Shown in pieces: positions 1-11,342 of a DNA stretch of 64,000 bases (position 1 is the first letter of the stretch; each line of letters opens with the position of its first letter). The notes below the pieces were generated by a model. That model had not been told where the DNA came from. It did not search any database and worked only from the letters and a program-made list of their open reading frames with translations. The translations under genes and the position numbers were made by a program. Origin of the DNA: Octopus vulgaris (Eukaryota); NCBI GenBank assembly GCA_951406725.2, contig OX597815.1:96162001-96226000 (forward strand), written 5' to 3'.

Positions 1-910
1 AATGGCAAACAGTCCTACACCTCCAAACAAAAGAGGGACTCATGAAAACCAAAGACATCCCCATTAGAAGAGGAATATTCCAGGGAGACACGCTCTCTCC
101 ACTCCTTTTCTGCTTGGCACTGTCACCTCTATCTGATATGCTAAATAGAACTGGATGCAGATATAATTGTTACGGCAAAACGATCAGCCACCTTCTATGG
201 ATGACCTAAAACTATACGCTGCAAATGACAAAGAGCTGGAAACACTATTAAAGACAGTTCATGGATTTACCAAAGAAATAGATATGAAATTTGGATTAGA
301 AAAATGCGCCAAAGTAACCATGAAAAGAGGAAAACTAGTTAAGAGTAACAACATCACACTATATAAAACCAATGAAATAAAAGAATTAGACCAAAACCAA
401 ACTTACAAATACTTAGGAATCCATGAACTAGATAAGACACAACACACACTCTATGAATAAATGGCAAACAGTCCTACACCTCCAAACAAAAGAGGGACTC
501 ATGAAAACCAAAGACATCCCCATTAGGAGAGGAATATTCCAGGGAGACACGCTCTCTCCACTCCTTTCTGCTTGGCACTGTCACCTCTATCTGATATGCT
601 AAACAGAACTGGATGCGGATATAAATGTTACGGCAAAACGATCAGCCACCATTTATATATGGATGACCTAAAACTATAAGCTGGAAATGACAAACAGCTG
701 GAAACACTATTAAAGACAGTTCATGGATTTACCAAAGAAATAGATATGAAAATTGGATTAGAAAAATGCGCCAAAGTAACCATGAAAAGAAGAAAACTAG
801 TTAATAGTAACAACATTACACTAGATAAAACCAATGAAATAAAAGAATTAGACCAAAGCCAAACTTACAAAGACTTAGGATCCATGAACTAGACAAGACA
901 CAACACACAC
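1..910 (+). repeat. ~459-bp internal tandem duplication inside the family A RT region
   Basis: aatggcaaacagtcctacacctcc occurs at 1 and 460; both units end in acaacacacac (about 449 and 910). Confidence 0.9.
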
Positions 911-2313
911 AAATGAAAGAGAAAATAAAAAAAGAATATTATTGACGAGTTAGATCAATACTAAACACAGAGCTCAATGCTAAAAACAAGATAATGGGTA
1001 TCAACACTTTAGCTGTCCCAGTTATAAGTTACAGCTACAATATCCTTAACTGGACACGAAACGAACTGTCCAAAATAGATAGGAAAACAAGAAAATTACT
1101 GACAGGATCTAGGATGCATCACCCAAAATCTGACATAGAAAGACTATATATACAACGTATAGAAGGTGGTAGAGGCCTTATACAGCTGGAAAACTACTAT
1201 AAAATAACCACCATAAGACTGCAAAAATATCTACTTTAGAAGGAAGGAAAACTGATCCAGATAGCAGCAAAACACGAGCAAAACAAAAAACTGTTCTCAG
1301 TATTTAAGGAAGCTGACAAATACAAACAAGAAATCATACCACCTAATAAACATGAAGAAGAAGAAGAAGATGATGAAGAAACAACAAAAGCTATAAAACA
1401 AATGAAATCCAAACTAAAAATAGAACAGCAACGAACCATGATAAAACGATGGCAGGAAAAGCCCCTTCATGGTAAATACTGCACTAAACTAAACGCAAAA
1501 GAAATAGACAAAGAAAAATCCCAGCAATTGTTGAGAAGCTCAGGACTATAAGCAGAAACAGAGGGATTTTTAATTGCAGCACAAGACCAAAGCCTCCCCA
1601 CCAGAAACTACCAAAATTATGTAATGAAAAGAAATATTACAAGTAACTGCAGAATATGTGGAGATGGACAAGAAACAATAAATCATATTATCTCTAGCTG
1701 CCCAGTCCTGCCTAAGAAGGAATATATTCACAGACATGACAGAGTTGGAACCTACATACATTGGAAGCTATGCCAACATTATGGAATAGCAACAGAAAAA
1801 AGATGGTATAGACACACACCAGAAAAGGTCACAGAAAACGAGAAAGAAACCATACTCTGGGATATGCCGATACACACAGATAGAGAAATTAAGGCCAACA
1901 GACCAGATATAGTTGTCAGAGATCATGAAGAAAAAAATGCTTTCTAATTGATGTATCAATACCGGCAGATGACAACGTGTCTCTAAAAGAAATGGAGAAA
2001 CTCTCAAAATACAAAGACCTGGAAATAGAGGTAACTAGAATGTGGAATCTGAAAACAGAAACAATTCCTATCATAGTAGGTGCATTAGGCATGATAAAAA
2101 AATATTCAGATAAATACATAACAAAAACACCAGGACTTACAAACACATATAACATACAGAAAATTGCACTACTAGGCACTGCACACATCCTACGCAGAAC
2201 AGTTTCCATACAATAACCATCAGAGCATCACAACAAATCACAGCACATACCCAAGGCACACAGAGCTGCGCTCGGTAGTGAAGTGAAAGCACGCTATAAA
2301 AATAAAACTACTG
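1..2313 (+). mobile_element. Degenerate Dong/R4-clade RLE non-LTR retrotransposon (family A), 3' part; runs off the window start
   Basis: Fragmented frames give GIFQGDTLSPL, MDDLKL, GGRGL, zinc knuckle CRICGDGQETINHIISSC, RHD, NRPDIV and KLSKYKDL. Several stops and frameshifts. The 3'UTR ends in CTACTG followed by (AAT)n. Confidence 0.92.
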
Positions 2314-2365
2314 AATAATAATAATAATAATAATATTAACAATAATAATAATAAAAATAATAATG

Positions 2366-2460
<95 letters not shown>
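2314..2460. repeat. (AAT)n tract: tail of family A and 5' flank of family B copy
   Basis: Direct reading of the sequence. Confidence 0.97.
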
Positions 2461-2461
<1 letters not shown>

Positions 2462-5400
2462 CCATATATTTCCCCACAGATAAGTCTAGCACTGTACAAG
2501 CATACTTAAACTGGAGACAGAAACACCCTGAAGTAAGACCCTACATAGACAGTAACAAGCTTGCCAATGTTAGAAGAAACATTATAAAAAAGAAATTACT
2601 GACTGAAGTAGAGATTGATCAGGTTAGACAAGCAATATCGGATAAAATGAACGAAGCTGCAGCTAGAGAAGATAATACAGAGGAAATGATTATAGACCAG
2701 CCCAGGGCGGATAAAAACGAAGAGAGGATTGAAAGAGTTAGTATAAGTGATAGGCAAAGTGAAATACGCCCTGAACCAATCATAAACACTAAGACAGATG
2801 AGCATCAAATAGATAAAGAAAGTCACACAAATATTGACCCAACAGAACTACATGAGCTAAAAAATCAAATCATGATTGAATGGCTGAAAATTAAAGAAAC
2901 CAGCATGGATGAGCGTGATACACTTCCTAAAATCCGCAACTCTAACCAAAACATGAAAATAATTGGTAAAATCCGGCTTGCACTTAAGGATATAATTTCA
3001 GTTAATGATGTTGATATCACAAACCTCAACCACCTATACTATGCATCCGCGAAAATCTCAACGATCCTATGTGGTGTAAAGATTAGAAAACGGCAACAGT
3101 CCCACAAAAAGCCTTCTTGGCAAGAGCGTCTGCAACAACAAATTAAAATATTTAGATCTGACATTGAATATTTGAAAAACCTTAAGGCTCACAAGATTAC
3201 CAAACCTACAAAAACCCAAAAATTACTGAAAAAATACAATATGAAAACTATACTTGATATTGATGCCACCATAGAAACCATCAAACAAAAGGTATCTGCC
3301 AAAGCTGCCCGCATAGCGAGGTATGAAAAGCGTGCTAGATTTTTCAAGGACAACAACATGTTCAAAAATAACACCAAGAATTTTTACAGGAAGATAGGAA
3401 AAACAGCGTTTACTGCAGGGTCTGTACCATCAAAAGAAGAAGTGCAGAGATTTTGGAATAAAATCTGGGCAGAAGAAAAAACACACAACGAAAAGGCCCC
3501 CTGGATTGACAGAATATCTACAGAACTGGACCCCTTAGAAGAGCAAAAGTGGGAGGGTGTCAAGGTAGAAGATATAAGATCTGCTCTCAGGAGGTCAAGC
3601 AAATGGAAGTCTCCAGGAAAGGATAAAATTCCTAACTTCTGGCTGAATGCCTTCCCAGAGAGCCATGAACTGCTAACAGAACTGTACAATGATGTTTTGC
3701 AACACCCTAGTAGGATGCCTCCTTGGCTAGTTAATGGGTTAACATTCCTGCTTCCAAAAAGTGAAGAAACAAATGAACCAAAAAACTATAGACCCATAAC
3801 TTGCTTAACAACTATGTACAAAACACTAACATCTGTCCTGACGGAATATACCTATAGTTTTTTAACAGACAGCAGCATATTCCCTAATGAACAGAAAGGA
3901 TGTAAACGTGGATCCTACGGCTGTAAAGACCAACTACTCATCAATAAGATGATCTTAGAAGATTGTCACAAACGACACAAAAACTTATCAATAGCCTGGA
4001 TAGACTATAAAAAGGCTTTTGATAGCCTACCACATAGCTGGATTAGGAAATGCCTTGAAATGTATAAGATAGCACCAACTCTGCGAAACTTCTTGACTGT
4101 AAGTATGAGATCATGGAGAACCACACTAACTCTGAACAGTGACAGTGAATTCCTAAATGCTGGTGATGTAAAAATTTCGTGTGGCATTTTCCAGGGTGAC
4201 TCACTGTCACCACTCCTCTTTTGTTTATCCTTAATACCTCTCTCAAAGCTGCTCAATGACGCGCAGTACGGGTATAAAATGTTTGATAAAAATATAAATC
4301 ATCTCGTTTACATGGATGATTTAAAGCTTTTTGCAAAAAATGATCAACAACTCAAGGGCTTACTAGCGATAGTCAAACAATTCAGTGACGACATCAGAAT
4401 GCAATTCGGCCTCGATAAATGTGCAAAGGCTACCTTTATCAAAGGAAAAATGACAGAAACATCTAACGTTAACCTTGACCAACAGAATGTCATAAAAGAA
4501 CTAGACCCAGCGGAGAGCTACAAGTACCTAGGGATAATTGAAGGGAACGGAATAAGGCATTCAGAGATGAAGGAAAGGATCAGGAGAGAATGCTATCGAA
4601 GAGTGAGAGCAATACTCAAGACAGAGCTGAATGCAAGAAACAGGATGGAAGCAATCAATGCATTAGCTATACCAGTCGTGACTTACAGTTTCAATATTGT
4701 TAACTGGTCAATTACTGAAATATGTCAGCTCGACAGAAAAATAAGGAAACTGTTGACAATGCATAGAATGCACCACCCTAAGGCAGATACAGAACGACTC
4801 TATCTGCCAAGAAAAGAGGGAGGCCGTGGTCTTTTGCAACTGGCAATAACAATGAAGATTGCTACAATTGGCCTAGACACCTACCTGAAAAACTCTGAGG
4901 ACTGGATGCTAAAACTTGTCTCAAAACATGAAAACAAGAAAGCATCATACTCAGTCACAAAACAGGCAAAGGAATATCTAAGTGAATTCCGAATACAACC
5001 AATTTCGGAGATAGATATACAAGAAACAAGCACAGAAAAAGCTAGGCGCATGAAAACCCGTGCCAAAACTGCGGCCTTAGATATTCTGAATAATAAATGG
5101 CAAGAAAAACCTCTCTATGGCAAATACCCAAAGAGAGCGAATAATGCAGATATCGACAAAGCCCTGACCCATCAATGGCTAATGGCCTCTGGCTTAAAAT
5201 CTGAAACAGAGGGGTTTATCATAGCAGCTCAAGATCAATGCCTACCAACAAGAAACTACCAGGCCAACATATTAAAGATCAGAAGCAGTCCAACGTGTCG
5301 TGTATGCAAGCAACAAAATGAAACCATTGACCATGTGGTCTCCAAGTGCAGTCTTCTAGCGCCTACAGAGTATCTCAACAGGCACGATAGAGCTGCACAA

Positions 5401-6085
5401 TATATTCACTGGGTAATCTGTAAAAACCTGGATTTGCCCCATGAAAAAAACTGGTGGGAACACAAACCACCCCCAGTGCTTGAAAATGACCACATCTCAC
5501 TCCTCTGGAACTTCACCATTCAAACTGACAGGAAGATAGATGCAAATAGGCCAGACATCATATTGAAAAACTTCAAACAAAGAACATGCCTCCTCATTGA
5601 TATGACTGTCCCAATCGATATAAACGTATCTGTCAAGACCTACCAAAAACTGAGCAAATATAAAGATCTTGAAATAGAAATCAGCAAAATGTGGAAGCTG
5701 AAGACTAAAACAATACCTGTTGTCATAGGTGCCCTGGGAATGATAGCAAAAGGGGCTGATAGCTACCTAACTCAGATACCAGGAAACCCAAAAATGGCAG
5801 AAGTTCAAAAGATAGTGCTCATGGGAACTGCTCATATCCTACGCAAAATACTCTCTATGTAATCTCAAGGTTTAAAACAAACATAATTTTCGGTTTAAAA
5901 AAAAAAAAAAAAAAAAAAACTTTTTTTTTTCTTTTTAGACATTCATTAGTACAACATCCCCACCCCCCAAATATATGGCACACTAGGCATAACAACAACA
6001 TGAACTTCCAACCCTGTTGTCTCTTGAGGTCTCTGGGTGAGACTTGGAGCCAACTTGTACAAATATAAAGCAAAAGTCAAACATA

Positions 6086-6086
<1 letters not shown>
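2461..6086 (+). mobile_element. Dong/R4-clade RLE non-LTR retrotransposon (family B, copy 1), slightly 5'-truncated, intact reading frame
   Basis: Flanked by (AAT)n on both sides. Single long ORF. 3'UTR 5863-6086 ends CATAG then (AAT)n, the same end as the copy at 29175. Confidence 0.95.
2647..5862 (+). CDS. Reverse transcriptase + CCHC zinc knuckle + restriction-like endonuclease polyprotein (1071 aa from first ATG; frame is open from 2461)
   Basis: RT motifs NYRPITCL, EQKGC, WIDYKKAFDS, GIFQGDSLSPLLF, YMDDLKL, GGRGL. Zinc knuckle CRVCKQQNETIDHVVSKC. RLE motifs RHD, RPDII, IDMTVP, KLSKY. No stop codons. Confidence 0.96.
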   Translation: MNEAAAREDNTEEMIIDQPRADKNEERIERVSISDRQSEIRPEPIINTKTDEHQIDKESHTNIDPTELHELKNQIMIEWLKIKETSMDERDTLPKIRNSNQNMKIIGKIRLALKDIISVNDVDITNLNHLYYASAKISTILCGVKIRKRQQSHKKPSWQERLQQQIKIFRSDIEYLKNLKAHKITKPTKTQKLLKKYNMKTILDIDATIETIKQKVSAKAARIARYEKRARFFKDNNMFKNNTKNFYRKIGKTAFTAGSVPSKEEVQRFWNKIWAEEKTHNEKAPWIDRISTELDPLEEQKWEGVKVEDIRSALRRSSKWKSPGKDKIPNFWLNAFPESHELLTELYNDVLQHPSRMPPWLVNGLTFLLPKSEETNEPKNYRPITCLTTMYKTLTSVLTEYTYSFLTDSSIFPNEQKGCKRGSYGCKDQLLINKMILEDCHKRHKNLSIAWIDYKKAFDSLPHSWIRKCLEMYKIAPTLRNFLTVSMRSWRTTLTLNSDSEFLNAGDVKISCGIFQGDSLSPLLFCLSLIPLSKLLNDAQYGYKMFDKNINHLVYMDDLKLFAKNDQQLKGLLAIVKQFSDDIRMQFGLDKCAKATFIKGKMTETSNVNLDQQNVIKELDPAESYKYLGIIEGNGIRHSEMKERIRRECYRRVRAILKTELNARNRMEAINALAIPVVTYSFNIVNWSITEICQLDRKIRKLLTMHRMHHPKADTERLYLPRKEGGRGLLQLAITMKIATIGLDTYLKNSEDWMLKLVSKHENKKASYSVTKQAKEYLSEFRIQPISEIDIQETSTEKARRMKTRAKTAALDILNNKWQEKPLYGKYPKRANNADIDKALTHQWLMASGLKSETEGFIIAAQDQCLPTRNYQANILKIRSSPTCRVCKQQNETIDHVVSKCSLLAPTEYLNRHDRAAQYIHWVICKNLDLPHEKNWWEHKPPPVLENDHISLLWNFTIQTDRKIDANRPDIILKNFKQRTCLLIDMTVPIDINVSVKTYQKLSKYKDLEIEISKMWKLKTKTIPVVIGALGMIAKGADSYLTQIPGNPKMAEVQKIVLMGTAHILRKILSM

Positions 6087-6120
<34 letters not shown>

Positions 6121-6169
6121 TTAATAACAACAACAATAATAATAATGATATTAGCAACAACAACAACAC
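6087..6169. repeat. (AAT)n/(AAC)n tail
   Basis: Direct reading of the sequence. Confidence 0.95.
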
Positions 6170-6330
6170 CATCGAAAAATACCTTAGGAATGAGAACCCA
6201 GATTCGAAATTTCCACAAGTCACCTGAAGATGGGTGGAGTGTATACCAGCCGAAATGTTTTGTTAACAACAAACACGATGAGGATAAATATCCGTCGAAT
6301 TTAAATAATGTAAATAATGTAAATAACGTA
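6170..6330 (+). mobile_element. Body of a non-coding hammerhead-bearing repeat (second copy at ~61900-62066)
   Basis: Shares cctgaNga..gccgaaa..aacaaNaaacaNgatgag..atatccg..taaataatgtaaataa with 61936-62035. Confidence 0.75.
6221..6262 (+). ncRNA. Degenerate minimal hammerhead ribozyme motif
   Basis: cac-CTGAAGA-t-gggtgg..ccagcc-GAAA-tgtt. Stem III and stem I are mutated relative to the 61936 copy. Confidence 0.45.
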
Positions 6331-6486
6331 CAATTCTTTTATTAGTAACTCTAATAATACAAATGTTCAAGGAAATACTCAACCAAATGTTCAAATGTAA
6401 TAAATTTATCTCAAAAATCATAGTAAAAATGAAATTAATTAAAAATAACATCCACCCTAAATGCAACATCCGACTCAAATTATTAT

Positions 6487-6647
6487 ATTCCTAAGGTATT
6501 TTTCGATGCTGTTGTTATTATTATTATTATTGTTATTATTATTCAGGCCACTGTCTGGAATCGAACTCGGAATCTTGGGGTTGTTATCCCACGCTCTTAA
6601 CCACTACGCCATATGCACATGGGCATATGGCGTAGTGGTTTGAGCGT
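6487..6647 (-). mobile_element. tRNA-like Pol III head + (TAA)n linker + start of the hammerhead-repeat body, ending in a fold-back
   Basis: Minus strand reads A box TGGCGTAGTGG (6601-6611), B box GAGTTCGATTCC (6557-6568), (AAT)n, then catcgaaaaataccttaggaat (6487-6508), identical to 6170-6191. An 18-bp perfect hairpin pairs 6599-6616 with 6623-6640. Confidence 0.75.
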
Positions 6648-9600
6648 TTGATGGAGTGTATGATCGGCTGTTATATATAGTTTGTAATATGGTATGATTT
6701 AATCATTCTTTGCGTAATATACAAATGCTTCGTTTATTCTAATTTATGAAATCTTACTGGAAATCTATATATATGTGCGCGTGTGTGTGTGTATGTGTGT
6801 GTGTGTATGTGTGTGTGAGTGTGTGTGCACGCGTGAGTGTGTTTGAATGCTTTTGTGTGCGCACGCTGCTTATGTGTGCTTGAGTGTAAAACCAGCGCTT
6901 TTCGGATAACTTCCGTTAATTTTCATGTATTTTGTTAGACATACCATTTTCACAAATGCTCTTAAGGAATCATCCCACTGTTGGAGGCCTGTAAATAAGG
7001 ACATTGTTATTTGTAGATTTTAAAAAATTTTACCATAAATTATAGCAGATTATACGGGAAGCTTTTCAGTAATTTTCACATGAAAATTCTATATATCTTT
7101 AATATTGTCTCTGGTTTATTATTCTTTCTTTAGAACTTTCGAAAATATTCAGGTAAATATGCTTTTGAGAGAGGGTTGTTATAAATATTTAATTTGATTG
7201 TCATTGAGATATATTTTGATCTATTATTTATTCATTATGTTCTTTTCTTCAAGCCATATCATTTACTTTCAATTTACACTTATTTGTTTCTGATAATTAA
7301 CAATTATTATTATTCCTTCCACTTTCTCTCCATTAATACCACAACTAATTTTATTCATCTCTCAAATCTGGTGCTTTTTAACACCAGTGTGTCTACGCGC
7401 AATGTCGTACCACACATATTTACGAATTGCACCATACAAAAAGCTATCATTTGATGACATATTTTGAGAAGCGATGATATGAAATTTGCACAAAGTTGTT
7501 GACAATTCTGTCATTTCAGAAGACATAGATAACGAAGTAACATAGACCAATGAATATATTTAACTTATCCTGATTTCAGACGATATTCTCTCATCTCATA
7601 CGGTGGCAAGATAACTGGTTATCTAACACCAGTAATGAACTATTTGGAGAATGTGCTGTTATATTATAAATATAAAGCTATTTCCTTCCAGTGTCTACAT
7701 TTCTGTTACAAAAATATTGGACCTTTAAAACCATCAACCTCATTGTCGATAGAATGCCATCCACAATATATGTGCTAATTTCGTTATTATGGAGAAGGTA
7801 TTTGAGATGTTTTAAAGCCGTGTGTGTATTCCTAATTTTGCTTTTCCTTTTAAAAATTCATATGATCAAAAACATAAAATATTTCAATGTTATATATTTC
7901 AGAAACTGAATGCAATATACATCTAATATTATGTAGTGGCATGACAAGCTAGAAACAATAGCCGAATCTTTCTGAAAATGTTCCGTAGCATATACAAAAT
8001 TCACGGACACATTAGTTATATTAACTGAATATCAGTGACGATGCAAGGGAGCAACATTTATTAGAGTTGTCTTCAAGGAAAACAACAAGAAAAACATAGC
8101 GGGAAACATGACGTGGTTTTGTATAATTGCGTTTAATGTTTTAAAGGTGATGCTCAGAAGGAAAAAAAGAAAGTCTGAATGATTCTGATAATAAGAGTAT
8201 CTATCGTCGGTTTATAAAAACGCATTTTTAAACATAGAAAATGGGGTTTGTTTCGAACATAATTGAATAGTTTATGAAAAGTTATTTTGAAGTTATCAAC
8301 AATTTACTTTAATATGTCAGACTTACTGCTTACAGCTTACTGCTATGTAGGAGAAATGTACTTTATTAGCGCTAAGCAGCTGAGAGTAATATATGCAAAT
8401 AATATAGGATGCACATTGTAATACTGAATAATAAATATTTTATTGCATTATTCAGAATTAACTAAAAGACACACAATAAAAATTGAAACAATATTTGTGC
8501 AGCTAAAATATAAAAGAATAGAATATTGACAACACTCCAAATGGTCCATTAATTCTTTTATTCACGATATTCTTTTAGGGCATATCTAGTTTACCCTATT
8601 TAGAACTTTTTGCCCAAGTATGATTAAACACACACACATTCATGTGTGTTTGTGACTAAACAACGTAACTAAAAGTGCTCTCATGTATGTGCAGGTGTGC
8701 ATATAAAATTCTTTAAATATAATGTGTGTGTGAGTGTGCGTGTTTAGTTGGGTATGTATGATTATGATAAGACAAGCTTAGAAGATTTGTTCTCTCGGTA
8801 GATTTTTATGTCCTCAGCAACTGATTTCTTAAAAAAAAGTTGCGGTTATAAATACCCATTTCTAGCGTGTTACTAAAAATCTTTCTATTAATCTATGAAG
8901 TGTGACTTCGGTGGCTTAATGACTTAGAATAGGATTTCGGTATACATTATTGAAATTTTTATTATAGTTCGGGTTTCAGCAAACAGAATTATGAGTCGGA
9001 TGGATTTTACGTCGCTTATTAGCAATCAATTTTACAATAGTATATAATCACCTCACAAATAATGAAAGATAAATTGAAGATTAACTTGACCGTGAAAATA
9101 TTACAATTCATCCTTTCTATAAATAATGTAAGTTGAGTAGTCTCCCATAAAGCTCTAGAAATCTGACAATTTTCTTTACTTGATACTCAGAAAGCCCAAA
9201 CAGCCTTATGTCCTATAAAGCCCTGCCAACAATAATGTTTTCTACAACGTATGCCAGAAATTTTAATTATACTCTGAGCACTCGGTGTAAATAACAATCA
9301 CTAGAAAAGGTGAACATGGGAGTCGGTGGACAAATAACACATGCACATATGAGTTGGTATACAAATTAAACTAAAGTAACAACGTATTGACTTAGAGCAT
9401 CCTAGTCTTCCACTTCGATATTTGCTACTTTTTCCCGTCTGAAACTTGCCAAAAGGCTTATACTAAGTAAATCTATATATTGAATATTTATGCAATATTT
9501 TAAACCTTACACATCTCCTGTGTTTTTAAAAGATCAGTCAGAAATGTTATTAATGATGCAATTAATATGGAATAAACACAGCTAAGCTTACGTAAAAATA

Positions 9601-10687
9601 AGCCTGAGATCACATGAATGAAGATTACATTGTCACACCGGATTTTTAAGTCCGCCGCAACAAAATGCCGTGTTCAACTGAAAAGAAAAACTACAACAAA
9701 ATAAAAACATAAAAAAACAAATTTAGAAGGCCAATGTTTCATACAGAAAATTGTGAGGCACAAAAGATGCAAGAGTCGGTGTGGTTTAGATTTGAGGAGT
9801 AGGAAGGAAAGAAAACAGAGAAGGTAAGAAAGAAGATTTAGCGCTAGACTTACACTTAGCGAACTACTCGTAATCAGTCTAGGGATCAGGTAACGCTGAT
9901 TACCCTATAGTGAATTACATCCAATGGATAGCTTCCTCACTAATAATATCACCTCACTGAGTAACTCTACAGCTTGTCACCCATGTAATACCCGATTAAC
10001 TTCAGCTATGGAACTTTAGGCACTCTTTCTTCTGTCCTTTATATAATAGATGCCTCACCAAAAATATCGCGTACGTCGGCGCGTACAACACGAATTTCTA
10101 GGCGAGACTGAAATACCACTACTCTAGTCTAATGGTGAAAGCGAAAGTTAAAGGTACAAAATTTAGTAGAGTAAAATATAAAATGGTCAACTGTAAAACA
10201 TTCCAAACTGTATAGCAGGAATAGGAAAACGTGCGCACTTTACATTGCAAAAATCATAATTATGATGCAAAGCAGCGAAAGATATAAACAGAATAGGCAG
10301 CCTTCTTATCAATCGTAAATATCGATTATCTAACACGTTCTTAAAGTACAAAAATCTGTCACCCATGTTGCCAATCTATTTAAATATCCTAACTTTCCAC
10401 TTGTTAGATATACCGAAACTAACAGTATAACTTTACCTTAAAACCTCACATGTACACCGATTTGAGCACGGTGGGATAGTTGTTAGTTGTATGCAGGCAA
10501 GTGGAAGCGTATAATTATGTATATATTGGAATGTAATTGTAATCCTGGTGCTTCCTGTTATTTCCTGCGTGTTAGCTCTTATTTGATATTTATATATCTC
10601 TTTTAAACTTTTAGTGTTCCCTTGCGTGCTGACTGTAACATCCCTATGTTTCACTATGCACAGAGATACATGTGTACGCGGGGCATG

Positions 10688-10736
<49 letters not shown>

Positions 10737-11002
10737 ACACGTGTAAATAATTAAGGTGGCTAGCGGAAATTTAAATCCCAAAACGAAAGAATTCAACGTG
10801 ACTAAAAAGTAACCAATGGACGGGGAGCATTGTTGTTGCTAGAAATAAGAGTTAGAGATATCTCAGTCACAGAAAGCACTTTCTATCTAATTAACAGAGG
10901 AGACAACCTTCCCACCTCAGGTGAGGTGCAATATCTCCCCAGTCAGTTACATAGAACAAATTACCTTGTGTGACTAAGGAGTTTCGGATTTTTCTTTCTA
11001 GC

Positions 11003-11047
11003 AATGCCGGTTTTCCCTGCACCCTTGGTTACATTTTATTGCTGGTG

Positions 11048-11095
<48 letters not shown>

Positions 11096-11140
11096 CACCG
11101 GCAATAAAGTGTAACCCCGGGTGCAGGGAACACCGGTATT
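11003..11140. repeat. Inverted repeat (~50-bp arms) centred on (TA)n
   Basis: aatgccggttttccctgcacccttggttacattttattgctggtg versus caccggcaataaagtgtaaccccgggtgcagggaacaccggtatt. Confidence 0.9.
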
Positions 11141-11264
11141 ATATATGAACCGACGAAAATATTTTGACAAATTAAATTTAAATGTTGAAGTGAATCTAAC
11201 GGTTTTGTGTGTTTCTTAAATGACTTATAAACACCTTCCGGTCACTCGCTATGCAAGTACATCT

Positions 11265-11342
<78 letters not shown>

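Noticed and set aside
6544-6616. Possible genuine tRNA gene
   Set aside because: A and B boxes are present but the cloverleaf stems are broken and it runs into (AAT)n; treated as a SINE-type head.
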